Positions 18,904 to 28,144 of a DNA stretch of 36,308 nucleotides are shown here, one piece after another. The notes below the pieces were generated by a model. The model searched no databases. It was not told where the DNA came from and worked only from the letters and a program-made list of their open reading frames with translations. The stretch is taken from the IMG/VR virus record IMGVR_UViG_3300044452_000161; one strand, given 5' to 3'. Source of the DNA: a virus. Position 1 is the stretch's first letter. Each line of letters opens with the position of its first letter. The translations under genes and the position numbers were made by a program.

Positions 18904-21900
18904 ATGAACAACTCTGAATTGCTGAACTACATCTTCGACGGGGTTGAAGAAGAGTTCATTCTGATATCCGAGGGTAGAGATGACCGCAGGTCTGTAGCGG
19001 AAGCTCATACCCCGATTGCTACCGATGTAATTCTAATCGACCTGTTTTTGCCTGACAGTAAGTCTGTTGTGGGTGTGCCAGTCGGTGATGCTTCGTTGGG
19101 AACAATAAGACTGTCGAAAGATGGAAGAGATGACGTTTACGTCGCTTTGTTCGATGTGCCAGTCGAAGAAGCTGATCTCCCTGAATCCGTAGACGATCTG
19201 ACCATTCCAATTCAAAATGGTTGGTCTGCGCATGTAGGTACTGACAAATTCTACTTGCTTGAAGAAGTTTTCCCACTCACCGGAAAGGAGGATGAAGATG
19301 CGCCGTCTTCTGAATCAGAAGTTATGGAAGCTGAAGACCTCGGTGATGAATTGGGAGAGAGTACTTCTTCTGAAGATAATGGAGACGCAAGCGACGTTGG
19401 CGGCGACGAATTCAGCGATCCAAGCCCAGAAGCAGAAGACCCCAACTCACCCAGCAACTCTGGTGACCTTGGAACAGTATCAGATAAAACTGACCAAGAA
19501 ATTGGATCAGCGGGAGAAGAGCCTCAGACGCCTACTAGCGATGACCAAAGTGATGGGGCTGTAACCGAGCTAGAACGGCAAAACGACGCGGTGCTCCACG
19601 GCGTAGAAACCGATGCCTGGCACACGTTGATGGATCAGCCCGCGACGCTACTGATGGGAAATCTGTGGGGTGCCCGGGATCGGCGGAACACTCAAGACGG
19701 CGACTGGAAAGAGGCCACACTTACCTGGGGAGCCTGGATTGACGGTGGCCCGCGTGAGCGGGGGATGTTGCCTTGGGGGTTTTCGCGGCACCCGATAGGC
19801 AAGCACAAAGAGGGACAATGCCTGGTGATGGGGTCGTCCATTGGCGGCGCACGCAAGGCTAAGGCCATGGACGAGATGTTCGCTATTGGCCTTGATGTCG
19901 ACAGCGGCGCTCAACTGGACGGCGTCTTGGACAAGCTGGAAGACCTTGGCGTCGCATGTCTGGTCTACACGTCTTACAATCACGGTAAATCCGGCCTGGC
20001 GCTAAAGCGTGACGACGTACTGCGAAAACTTCAGATCGACAACGATCCGTCGGACCAAGAAGTCCGGAATTATCTCACGCTACACGGCAAAGACCGGTTC
20101 GAAGCCGATTTTATCTCTCGGTGCACAATCAAAGATCAGAAGTACCAGACCACGGACGGTCTGAAGATACTTGTTGATACGCCACCGCTGGACAAATTTC
20201 GGCTGATTTTCCCGCTGGCTGAGCCGGTCAAGCTAATGGAATTAGGCAACACCGATGCCGACAGCTTAGCGATCTGGGAGGACGCCGTCACTGGTCTGGC
20301 TCAGAACACGATTGGCATATACTTCGACGCGGCGTGCACTGATCCGTCCCGTTTGTTTTACACGGCACGTCATGCACAGGATGCAGAAGATTGGTACTGC
20401 GCGATAGTTCGGGGCGATCCGCTGGTTTTTGAAGACATCGAGCCGATGCGTAAATCGGCCTATACCGCAAAGCGGGAAACGAACGTCTTTATAGAAGCCT
20501 CAGGCGATGACGGTGAGGATGATCTGCCGCCACTGTGTCTGACCCCGTCCGGCAAATCTTTGAACGATTGGCACAAGAGTGCCAAAGACAGGTTTTTGAT
20601 CGCGGACCTTTTGGAGGACCACTGCCCGGACAAAATCCGCAAAGCTGGTGGGGAGGCGCAAGGACATGTGCATACTGAATGCCCCTTTGAACATGAGCAT
20701 TCAGGTGAAGGCGGTACCGGGACCATGGCCATCAATGCTCTGGATTCTTCGTCGGAGTATTGGACCTGGTTCTGTCACCACGACGCTTGCCAAGGGCGGC
20801 ACAAGCTGCAGTTTCTGGAAGAGGCGTTAAGAGCCGGGTGGTTCGAGGAAGAACTCCTCTTTGACGAGGATGGAGGGTATCTGCTTGAGCCGCTAGAGGT
20901 TGAAGAAGAGGAAAAACCGGCGCTAGAGGCGGACCTAAATCTATCTCCTTCACAGCAAGCCGAAAACATAAACGACGATAGTTCTCAAAAGGACATCGAA
21001 GACCTGATTGAGAGCCTGGTTAACCAAGGCGTAGATCGCGTTGAACGTGCTGCTGCAATCGAAACCATGTCGAAAAACACGCGACTTGGAAAACGCGAGC
21101 TTTCATCGATGTGGAAGCAAATAGAAGCGGTTCACAAGGCCAACGCTCAGGAAGCTAAAAAGGTAAAAGCCACGGTTGCTGTCGTGAACCAATGGGATTT
21201 TTCCCAGATTCACGAGTATGGCAGCAAACGCATCCATGATACGAACCGGAAAACGCCGTCGGTGTTCCACTACATGGAAAATTTGACGATCATTCGGGAG
21301 AACTCCGAGGGCAAGCCAATCATGCGGTTCTTGGATCGTGGAGGCTTTGCACATCACTTGAACACCGTCGCAAAATTCGCCCGCGTCAGCGGGGAAGACG
21401 AGAGAAAGATTGGTGTATCGGCACCGGTAGATGTCGTGAACTATCTGTTCGAAGAAGATTATGGGAAATACCCTGATCTACAAGGCTTGGTCACAACTCC
21501 AATTTTCACCAAGTCAGGAACGATATTGTCGGAACCTGGGTACGATTGGGGTAGTAAACTCTTCTACAACCCAGACAACTCCCTGACATTGCGAAAAGTA
21601 GACGCAATACCCTCTCCCGAAGATGTGTTTGAAGCCAAAAGACTTTTGATCGAGGAGGTTTTGGCGGATTTTCCTCTAGGTGCTCTAACCAGAACTGAAA
21701 TCATCGAGCAAGGGCTTCATGGTGAGGGCGTCCCTGCTGTCACCAACATGATTGCAATGATCTTGTTGCCATTTATGCGTGAAATGATTTCCGGTCCTAC
21801 GCCTGGACACCTTCTGGTGAAACCGACACCGGGTACCGGCGCAAGTCTTCTGACAGACCTGTTTTCTATCATATCTGACGGTGTCGAGACACCTGCTTTG

Positions 21901-22758
21901 GCTATGCCGCACAGCAATGAAGAGATGGGTAAGACCCTGGCAGCGGTTCTGTCCAATGGCCAAAACATTGTGTTCTTCGACAATATCAATCACTCCGTTG
22001 ACTCTGCCGAGTTAGCGATGGCAATGACGCAGCCTACTTACCAGGCTCGTCTCTTGGGGCGGACACAAACAGTGGACGCGAAAGTGCGCTGTGTCTGGGT
22101 GTTTACTGGCAACAACGTGACATTGTCGCCTGAACTGGTTCGAAGACTTATTATGATCGATCTAGATGCGCGACTGGAGAACCCAGAGAAGCGCACAGGC
22201 TTCAAATACGAGAACATTAAGGATTGGGTTCGCGAGCATCGTTCCGAGCTTGTGTGGGCCTGTTTGACGTTAATTCAAAATTGGGTGGCACAAGGATCAC
22301 CTCATCAGAAGGATGTTGTTATGGCTTCATATGAAAGCTGGTCTGGAGCAGTGGGTGGTGTTCTTAAGTCGGTAGGTTTGGGCGGATTCCTAGGAAACCG
22401 GGAAGAACTGAAAGCCGCTGCTACTGACACGACCGGAGACGATGTATCGATCTTGATGGAAGCTTGGTGGGACAACTTTGGTCAATCCGAAGTTCCAGTA
22501 AAAGGTACCGACAAAGCCCCTGGATTGATAGAACTCGCGAACACAGAAGACCTATCTCTTCCGATGAAGAAAGAAGTCAATATGGACGGCGAACGAACTT
22601 ACTCATCTCGGTCTTTTGGTACTTTTCTAGGAAAGCACAAAGGCAAAATCAAAACCATGGAAGATGGTAGTATCGTCCGGATCGTGAAAGCGGACACGCG
22701 CACCAAGCAAGGCTTCAAGTGGTTCTTGGAGAAGCTGGACGATGAGGATGCGGCGTGA
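18904..22758 (+). CDS. Large replication protein: acidic N-terminus, AEP-like primase, Zn finger, C-terminal P-loop ATPase/helicase-like domain
   Basis: IGLDVDSG (DxD), YTSYNHG, KFRLIFPL, TDPSRLFY; CPFEHEH..CHHDAC; PGTGAS, VFFDNI, FTGNN, ELVRR. Confidence 0.75.
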   Translation: MNNSELLNYIFDGVEEEFILISEGRDDRRSVAEAHTPIATDVILIDLFLPDSKSVVGVPVGDASLGTIRLSKDGRDDVYVALFDVPVEEADLPESVDDLTIPIQNGWSAHVGTDKFYLLEEVFPLTGKEDEDAPSSESEVMEAEDLGDELGESTSSEDNGDASDVGGDEFSDPSPEAEDPNSPSNSGDLGTVSDKTDQEIGSAGEEPQTPTSDDQSDGAVTELERQNDAVLHGVETDAWHTLMDQPATLLMGNLWGARDRRNTQDGDWKEATLTWGAWIDGGPRERGMLPWGFSRHPIGKHKEGQCLVMGSSIGGARKAKAMDEMFAIGLDVDSGAQLDGVLDKLEDLGVACLVYTSYNHGKSGLALKRDDVLRKLQIDNDPSDQEVRNYLTLHGKDRFEADFISRCTIKDQKYQTTDGLKILVDTPPLDKFRLIFPLAEPVKLMELGNTDADSLAIWEDAVTGLAQNTIGIYFDAACTDPSRLFYTARHAQDAEDWYCAIVRGDPLVFEDIEPMRKSAYTAKRETNVFIEASGDDGEDDLPPLCLTPSGKSLNDWHKSAKDRFLIADLLEDHCPDKIRKAGGEAQGHVHTECPFEHEHSGEGGTGTMAINALDSSSEYWTWFCHHDACQGRHKLQFLEEALRAGWFEEELLFDEDGGYLLEPLEVEEEEKPALEADLNLSPSQQAENINDDSSQKDIEDLIESLVNQGVDRVERAAAIETMSKNTRLGKRELSSMWKQIEAVHKANAQEAKKVKATVAVVNQWDFSQIHEYGSKRIHDTNRKTPSVFHYMENLTIIRENSEGKPIMRFLDRGGFAHHLNTVAKFARVSGEDERKIGVSAPVDVVNYLFEEDYGKYPDLQGLVTTPIFTKSGTILSEPGYDWGSKLFYNPDNSLTLRKVDAIPSPEDVFEAKRLLIEEVLADFPLGALTRTEIIEQGLHGEGVPAVTNMIAMILLPFMREMISGPTPGHLLVKPTPGTGASLLTDLFSIISDGVETPALAMPHSNEEMGKTLAAVLSNGQNIVFFDNINHSVDSAELAMAMTQPTYQARLLGRTQTVDAKVRCVWVFTGNNVTLSPELVRRLIMIDLDARLENPEKRTGFKYENIKDWVREHRSELVWACLTLIQNWVAQGSPHQKDVVMASYESWSGAVGGVLKSVGLGGFLGNREELKAAATDTTGDDVSILMEAWWDNFGQSEVPVKGTDKAPGLIELANTEDLSLPMKKEVNMDGERTYSSRSFGTFLGKHKGKIKTMEDGSIVRIVKADTRTKQGFKWFLEKLDDEDAA

Positions 22759-22788
22759 AAAACAGGCCTTATCGTCCGGACGTAATTC

Positions 22789-22900
22789 GAATAGTTGAAA
22801 TGGAAGACTGGTATGAGGCAGACCCGAATGAGGTCTGCCATCACTGTGGTTGTCGATACAGAGAGCATCAACCAGTCTCCGGATATTCACAGTTTGTGAA
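22789..22900. other. Multi-stem structured element between convergent genes (terminator or ncRNA)
   Basis: 22802-22816 pairs with 22868-22880 (two bulges) and encloses GGCAGACC/GGTCTGCC; separate hairpin TTCACA/TGTGAA at 22886-22900. Confidence 0.45.
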
Positions 22901-22934
22901 GCTGTGTAATGGGGACTTGGTTAAACTTTTTTGA

Positions 22935-23204
22935 TTATCGGTAAGGGTTCCCTGCACGCAATTCATCAAGAGCTTCGTGAAGAGTTGTAGACTTTCTCTG
23001 TGCATGAGAGAGTAGATCATCGAGCGCGCGGTCGTAGGCGTCAGCCGGATGTGTTATGCGCTCAAGTCCGCTGGATACAGCGTCGCCAGCAGCGTCTTGA
23101 ATACTGCTAATCTTTCCCTTTACCGAGGTAAGATCAACGTCAGAAACAGCGTCTGTGATTGTTCTTCGGGCGTCGGTCGCCACTTTTGTAAGTTTCGAAA
23201 ACAT
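22935..23204 (-). CDS. Hypothetical helical protein
   Basis: 89-aa ORF, GAGG RBS; its ATG abuts the TGA of the orphan fragment 23205-23260. Confidence 0.6.
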   Translation of the reverse strand: MFSKLTKVATDARRTITDAVSDVDLTSVKGKISSIQDAAGDAVSSGLERITHPADAYDRALDDLLSHAQRKSTTLHEALDELRAGNPYR

Positions 23205-23260
23205 TCAAGCCTCGTTTGATTTATTGATTTTCTTCTGCTTAGCAATCAGCCAAGCTAACA
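23205..23260 (-). pseudogene. Orphan 3' end of the small membrane protein broken by the inversion
   Basis: Reads (V)LAWLIAKQKKINKSNEA*; joins in frame with 27281-27410 after re-inversion. Confidence 0.75.
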
Positions 23261-23261
23261 C

Positions 23262-24218
23262 GCGTTTGAAATCACGACATTCAGACGAGACGTTTCAACG
23301 GACGGACGCAGAGCGACCGTTTCCTTCGACGCTACTCTGTCAGATGATGCAGCGCGTCGTGATTTTACCATGAACGCCCTGTACGTTAACCGTCGGGGAC
23401 AATTGCTTGATCCTACCGGACACGGAATCAAGGACGCGAAGGAACGGCGTATCAGGTTTGTCGGCGATGGCACGGAACGCTGCCGGGAAGACTACTTGCG
23501 GATACTTCGGGCGTTTCGATTTACGGCAAAATATGGAACCGGACTCCTCACTGGGGATGTTGCACACGCAATTGCGCCAACTATCCCTGGCCTGAAGTGT
23601 GTATCAGAAGAACGCATCCTGGCAGAACTCAAGAAGATTGTGGTTTCACCCGGTGCCCACGGAGCCTTTCACCAGATGAAAGAGATGGGTGTATTTGGCT
23701 TTATCGGATTATCAGTCAACCGTATCGACTGGTTGAACACACTGCGCCGCGCAGAGGAGCAGTACGGTTTCAAAACAGATTGGCGGATAGCCCTTACCCC
23801 AATGCTTCAACGGATCGAAGAGTTGGAAAACCTTCCTTTGTCCAAATCAGACCGTAAGGCCATAAACTCTATATGGAACTACACAACATCAGATTTGTGT
23901 GACCTCTCTGGCCGTTCCTTAGGGTTCAAATTCAAAGACCATTTTACTGCTGTGGCTGCGTACCTAATTGGAGTGGCTCTAGGCTACCGGTCTTTCAATC
24001 ACAATGAGATCAACGACATCGAGATCGGAGTGAATGCCAAACTACCGGTCACGTCTGAGGATTTTCGAAACCGTGGCATCGAAAATGGCCCTATGATGGG
24101 GGCATGCATCATGATGGCGAAAAAAGAGTACTACAACAGCGATCTTCGCCTAACCAGTGCTCATATTATTGACAATGTAATGTCACAATTACTTGCCGAA
24201 TCGCCTTCATGTGGATAA
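23262..24218 (+). pseudogene. cca: C-terminal portion of a CCA-adding tRNA nucleotidyltransferase
   Basis: Frame opens after TAA 23256 with AFEITTFRRDVSTDGRRA..DDAARRDFTMNAL..IRFVG..EDYLRILRAFRF..VSEERI..EL; no start codon before the motif region. Confidence 0.85.
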
Positions 24219-24291
24219 CTTTATGGCAATGAGAACGTCGAATTCGTGAAGGCGAGCGACCCCAAACCCTCTGCAGGAGAAAGAATTCACA

Positions 24292-24645
24292 ATGGCTGAG
24301 GCAGATAAGATAGTTGAGCAAATCAACGAGAGCATGTACCAAGCAACATTCCATTTACGTACGTTTTTCGACGTAACAGAGATCGAGGATTTGGAGGGCT
24401 GGGGACCGGTGGTTCTTGCCCTTCAAACTCTACCGCCTGATCAATACAGAACCATAGGGATTGCTTTGTTGGCGCTGTTCTTTGAAACGGAGAACAAAGA
24501 CCCCGCAGATTATCAGCACAGACGTGAGTTGGTCCATATGGTGGACGTACTGGCAAACAACATTGTCGGGGCGGCACAATCTTTCATTCAAAACCAGAAC
24601 AGAAATACGCAGATGTTAATGCGTCCTTCACGGGTGATTGACTGA
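24292..24645 (+). CDS. Hypothetical protein
   Basis: 117-aa ORF with AGGAG upstream. Confidence 0.6.
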   Translation: MAEADKIVEQINESMYQATFHLRTFFDVTEIEDLEGWGPVVLALQTLPPDQYRTIGIALLALFFETENKDPADYQHRRELVHMVDVLANNIVGAAQSFIQNQNRNTQMLMRPSRVID

Positions 24646-24647
24646 AC

Positions 24648-24965
24648 ATGAAGACAGCAACCGACGATAACTTCGAAGACCTCACTTCCGGTGGACTTAC
24701 CTATGTCATGTTCTCCGCCCCTTGGGCAGGACCATGCAACTTGGCACGTCCAAAGTTTAGGTCTGTTGCTGCTCGTTTTGGAAACCAAATAACCTTTGCC
24801 GAGTTCGATCTAGACGACAACCCAGACACCCCTGCCCGCTTCGGAGTCCGCAGCGTTCCCTGGTTTTTGTTGATGGAAAATGGCGTACCGGTGTCAGTAA
24901 AAGCTGGCGACATACCAGAGGAAGTTCTGGTGGATGTGTGCAACGAAGTCTTGGGAGGAACTTGA
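24648..24965 (+). CDS. Thioredoxin-fold protein with atypical WAGPC site
   Basis: TDDNFE..VMFSAPWAGPC..FDLDDNPDTPARFGVRSVP..ENGVPV. Confidence 0.8.
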   Translation: MKTATDDNFEDLTSGGLTYVMFSAPWAGPCNLARPKFRSVAARFGNQITFAEFDLDDNPDTPARFGVRSVPWFLLMENGVPVSVKAGDIPEEVLVDVCNEVLGGT

Positions 24966-24966
24966 T

Positions 24967-25173
24967 ATGAGATTAAATCTAAGATCAATTGAAATTCGGT
25001 TCACCCCCTTTGACTGGGGACCGGTAAAACCAATAGTGCAAATACCCTTTTTCTACCGGAAAAAATTAGGACCTTTTGGGGTCAGCTACTGGGTAAGCCC
25101 CACGAATGCTGAGATCAATGCAATGGTTGATGAACGAAACCGGAAACAGGCAGGCAACTATGAACAAGCGTGA
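24967..25173 (+). CDS. Small hypothetical protein
   Basis: GGAGGA RBS before the ATG at 24967. Confidence 0.5.
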   Translation: MRLNLRSIEIRFTPFDWGPVKPIVQIPFFYRKKLGPFGVSYWVSPTNAEINAMVDERNRKQAGNYEQA

Positions 25174-25558
25174 ACTTCGCCTGGCTATCAAAGACAAGCT
25201 GGATCATCGCAGACGGCTCATTAAAGAGAACGGAGTGCTTAGAGAAGACCTCCGTAGAGAACATGCACGCAACAAGTTTTTAGAAAAAGCCATAAACAAC
25301 CCGATGGTTGATCAAGTATTGGAACATTGTGCAGATGAGATCATGAAAGCCGTTGTGTTCCGAGCCATTGAAGCTTCAGAAGTTGTGGCAGAGCAAACTG
25401 TGGAAGACGGAGACTACCTTGTAGGCATCGATATCCCGAGCCTACACATTCGACAGCGAATTTACAGAGAGACCCTTCGCCTGAGTAGTATGGGGGTTTC
25501 AAGCGCGGTTCCAGAAAAGCAACCTGTGAAGCTGATTGACTTCCAGACAGCCTGTTAG
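25160..25558 (+). CDS. Hypothetical protein with coiled-coil N-terminus
   Basis: Likely start MNKREL at 25160, overlapping the previous gene. Confidence 0.55.
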   Translation: MNKRELRLAIKDKLDHRRRLIKENGVLREDLRREHARNKFLEKAINNPMVDQVLEHCADEIMKAVVFRAIEASEVVAEQTVEDGDYLVGIDIPSLHIRQRIYRETLRLSSMGVSSAVPEKQPVKLIDFQTAC

Positions 25559-25804
25559 GTGAAAATCTGTGCAAGGAGACATTCAGTGAAAGCAGTTCAA
25601 TTCAGCCCTGATTATTGCGACGAAGCCAGGAACGCCCGATTTAAGGATTGGGACAGTAGTCATGATTTGTCTATTATCGATGACAGCGGCAAGCGTATTC
25701 AGATAGGACACTTCAAATCTGCAGTGTATGGCTATGGGGTGCAGTGCTTGATCAACGAGAATCCGGAATCCTTTAAACAGGCCATGAAGGAGTTCTACAG
25801 CTAA
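25559..25804 (+). CDS. Small hypothetical protein
   Basis: 81-aa ORF packed between co-oriented genes; start uncertain. Confidence 0.45.
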   Translation: MKICARRHSVKAVQFSPDYCDEARNARFKDWDSSHDLSIIDDSGKRIQIGHFKSAVYGYGVQCLINENPESFKQAMKEFYS

Positions 25805-25819
25805 GGGAGGAGTTCAGCC

Positions 25820-26119
25820 TTGACGAGACTGACTGACAAGCAAGCGGTCATATCTGCGCTGCACGACGCCATTCAATGGCAGACAGAATTCAGAAATGCC
25901 AACGTTGGATTCGATGATGAACAAGTGGCGCATTGTGATCGCTACATAGCAGCTTACCGCCGAACTTTGGGACGCATTACAGGAAGCAAAGCGTCTGCTG
26001 CAGAAGTTCGGGAAATGATCGCATTTAAGGATGTTGAAGTAATGTCAGTACAACAAATTCAAAGAGCGGTCGACGCAGGTGCAATCAAAATCGAAAACTT
26101 TGGAGACAGCGATGATTGA
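25820..26119 (+). CDS. Hypothetical protein
   Basis: 99 aa, GAGGAG RBS, TTG start. Confidence 0.55.
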   Translation: MTRLTDKQAVISALHDAIQWQTEFRNANVGFDDEQVAHCDRYIAAYRRTLGRITGSKASAAEVREMIAFKDVEVMSVQQIQRAVDAGAIKIENFGDSDD

Positions 26120-26393
26120 AGTCATGAACCACGACGGGTCAGAGGTCGTCCATCTTTCCACTGTTACCGACGCTTCGAACGCAGAAGAAGCGACGCAAAT
26201 ACTACTGAACAGCTTAAAAGACGCCGCGAAGGTGCACGGAGGAGAGATCATCCGCGTAAGAACCGGCGTTTATTGGGCCGATGGCCCGTACGGATGGTCC
26301 GAAGCATACGTTGTAAGTGAAGGCGCTACAGCGAAAAGCGTTGTGTCCCAAGCAATCGACCCATTTACAGTTGAGTTCAGCAATATTGACTGA
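26112..26393 (+). CDS. Hypothetical protein
   Basis: Likely start MIEVMNH after GGAG, overlapping the previous stop. Confidence 0.5.
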   Translation: MIEVMNHDGSEVVHLSTVTDASNAEEATQILLNSLKDAAKVHGGEIIRVRTGVYWADGPYGWSEAYVVSEGATAKSVVSQAIDPFTVEFSNID

Positions 26394-26477
26394 CATTTTC
26401 TGTTGTTTTAAATGACAGAATCACTTACACAAGATCACACAAACTATCATTGCAACACTCGTGTAAGGAGATTTTTC

Positions 26478-27284
26478 GTGAAGAGACTTGTAGCAGCGGC
26501 CTTTGTCTTTGGGCTGATGGGTTCCGTAGCAATCGCAGATACTATTCGGATTGGCGTCGGACAACCTGGGCGAGGATATGAAGCCCACGGCATGAAAATT
26601 GGAGATCGCCTAGACGACTCCGAGGTTGTGAACTTTGCAGGGTCCGACGAGATCAGCCGGGCTTTGTGTGACGGCGATATCGACATCGGAATCATGCAAA
26701 ACGATGCGAAGTATCAACGAAGCCTGGAGGGCTGCAAACTTCGCTCCGTTGGGGAATATCCCAACAAAGAATTTGCTTTCATTCTTTTCCCAGAAGGATC
26801 GAGCTTCAATGAACTCGATGATCTTCGGGAATCGAACAAAATCCTTGTCGATGAGATTGGCTCTGGTACGGACTTGTTCTGGACGACGATCAAGCAAATT
26901 GAAACTGAACATGGACGTGGGTCAAACTGGATGAACGCGAACCGCGTGAACGACATGTTCTTGTTTGCCGACGCTATGGCGGCAGAGGGTTCTATTGATG
27001 CCCTGGTGTATGTTGGTGATCCGAACTCTCAGGAAATCTGGGACTTTCTGTCAGCAGGATGGGAAGTTGGAGAACTCTACGACAAAGACATCAACGATAT
27101 GAAGGTCAACGGAGAAAGCCTCTACACGCGAGAGACCGTTACCATCGACCCTCCTGGGCGATGGAACACCCAAAAGGAAGACGCCTATGTTGTGCGCTCT
27201 TTCATCGTAGCGCGTACCGACTGGCTGGCTGAGGACCGATCACGCGCGCGCGACGTTGCTCAGGCTGTAAAAGCGGCTCAGTGA
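26478..27284 (+). CDS. Secreted TAXI-like periplasmic solute-binding protein
   Basis: AAGGAG plus GTG start; signal peptide; IRIGVG..G..Y, GSDE....L..G..DIGIMQND, LDDL, GSGT. Confidence 0.65.
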   Translation: MKRLVAAAFVFGLMGSVAIADTIRIGVGQPGRGYEAHGMKIGDRLDDSEVVNFAGSDEISRALCDGDIDIGIMQNDAKYQRSLEGCKLRSVGEYPNKEFAFILFPEGSSFNELDDLRESNKILVDEIGSGTDLFWTTIKQIETEHGRGSNWMNANRVNDMFLFADAMAAEGSIDALVYVGDPNSQEIWDFLSAGWEVGELYDKDINDMKVNGESLYTRETVTIDPPGRWNTQKEDAYVVRSFIVARTDWLAEDRSRARDVAQAVKAAQ

Positions 27285-27410
27285 TGCTCAGTCGGGTCAT
27301 TTTATGGATCGCGGGGGGCTTAGTTGCCCTCCACGGTTTCGTCATTTGGGCTGATATGGTGATGGAGACTTGGTTCCTCGATGAACTCTTGGGCTTCCTT
27401 ATCACCAGCG
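27281..27410 (+). pseudogene. 5' part of a small two-TM membrane protein cut at the inversion breakpoint
   Basis: Hydrophobic MMLSRVILWIAGGLVALHGFVIW..GFLITS; currently reads on to a stop at 27475 through antisense cca sequence. Confidence 0.65.
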
Positions 27411-27661
27411 CCTTTCTGAAGGACAGCCGTTATCGTTCCGTGCTCAAGGCCTGTAAAGACGACGTCTCCGTGTAATTGGGCCACCGCGTACGCCTCTTCT
27501 GGAGTTGCATCAGTTGCGATGTCCACATCTTCGCAAGGGACGCCCAAAAGAAAGTCACGCACGCAACCGCCCACGAGATAGGCTTTATGGCCTGCTAATT
27601 CGAAGGATTTGAGAAGTTCGTCGAGTCCTTCGTATTGGGTGATCAAATCTCGCGCTACCAT
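27408..27661 (-). pseudogene. cca: N-terminal catalytic portion of the CCA-adding enzyme
   Basis: YLVGGCVRDFLLG..EDVDIATDATPEE..TGLEHGTITAVLQKG (DxD catalytic motif); similarity stops at the breakpoint. Confidence 0.88.
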
Positions 27662-28038
27662 TGGGACAAAGCCTTCAACATGACTTTCAAGGAGTCGTTC
27701 GTCTCGGGCGCGACTTCTGGTAACTTTGACAGCCCTGTTCCAAGCCCATCTTCAGGAATGACAACAATGCCCCCGGCTACGACGTGCGTGATTGCACGTG
27801 TCAAGTCGGTCGCCATAATACGACGGTTCTCTTCCAACTCGTCATCAGAAAAGAAGTCAGCAGCGTTCATTCCGGGGGACTTTTTGGTGGCTACGCCAAC
27901 CGCGTTTGGCTCGCCCCGCATCTCACGCGCCTGACCTCCATACCCAATGCGAGCGACGTTGTCCCCGAACAAGTACAAGAAGTCCGGATTGCTTTGTAAA
28001 TCTTCTCTAGTGATCCATTTCTGGTAAACCACAGGCAT
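27655..28038 (-). CDS. Conserved phage hypothetical protein (FGDN..GxGGQA family)
   Basis: YLFGDNVARIGYGGQAREMRGEPNAVGVATK..GLGTG; GGAGGA RBS. Confidence 0.7.
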   Translation of the reverse strand: MPVVYQKWITREDLQSNPDFLYLFGDNVARIGYGGQAREMRGEPNAVGVATKKSPGMNAADFFSDDELEENRRIMATDLTRAITHVVAGGIVVIPEDGLGTGLSKLPEVAPETNDSLKVMLKALSQW

Positions 28039-28066
28039 ATGAATGTCCTCCGATATATCGTTTCGG

Positions 28067-28083
28067 TGTCAGTCTTGATGACA
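28067..28083. promoter_or_regulatory. TGTCA-N7-TGACA palindrome
   Basis: TGTCA GTCTTGA TGACA, about 28 bp upstream of the minus-strand start at 28038. Confidence 0.6.
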
Positions 28084-28144
28084 TTCAATGCGTGATTCGT
28101 CAAGAAATTTGTCATAAATTCGAGAAAAGTAAGAAAAAATGACC

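Larger units (their letters stand above)
23261..27410. other. Inverted ~4.15-kb segment bounded by a 3-bp CGC/GCG core
   Basis: Genes inside are all plus strand and flanking genes are minus; re-inversion at CGC 23261-23263 / GCG 27408-27410 restores two ORFs in frame. Confidence 0.85.

Noticed and set aside
23370-24218. The 282-aa ORF as a complete CCA enzyme
   Set aside because: Its ATG lies inside the RRDFTMNAL motif and it lacks the catalytic DxD, which is at 27408-27661 on the other strand.
23240-27430. Long inverted repeats or intron ends at the inversion junctions
   Set aside because: Only a 3-bp core is shared, and no group I/II intron features were seen.
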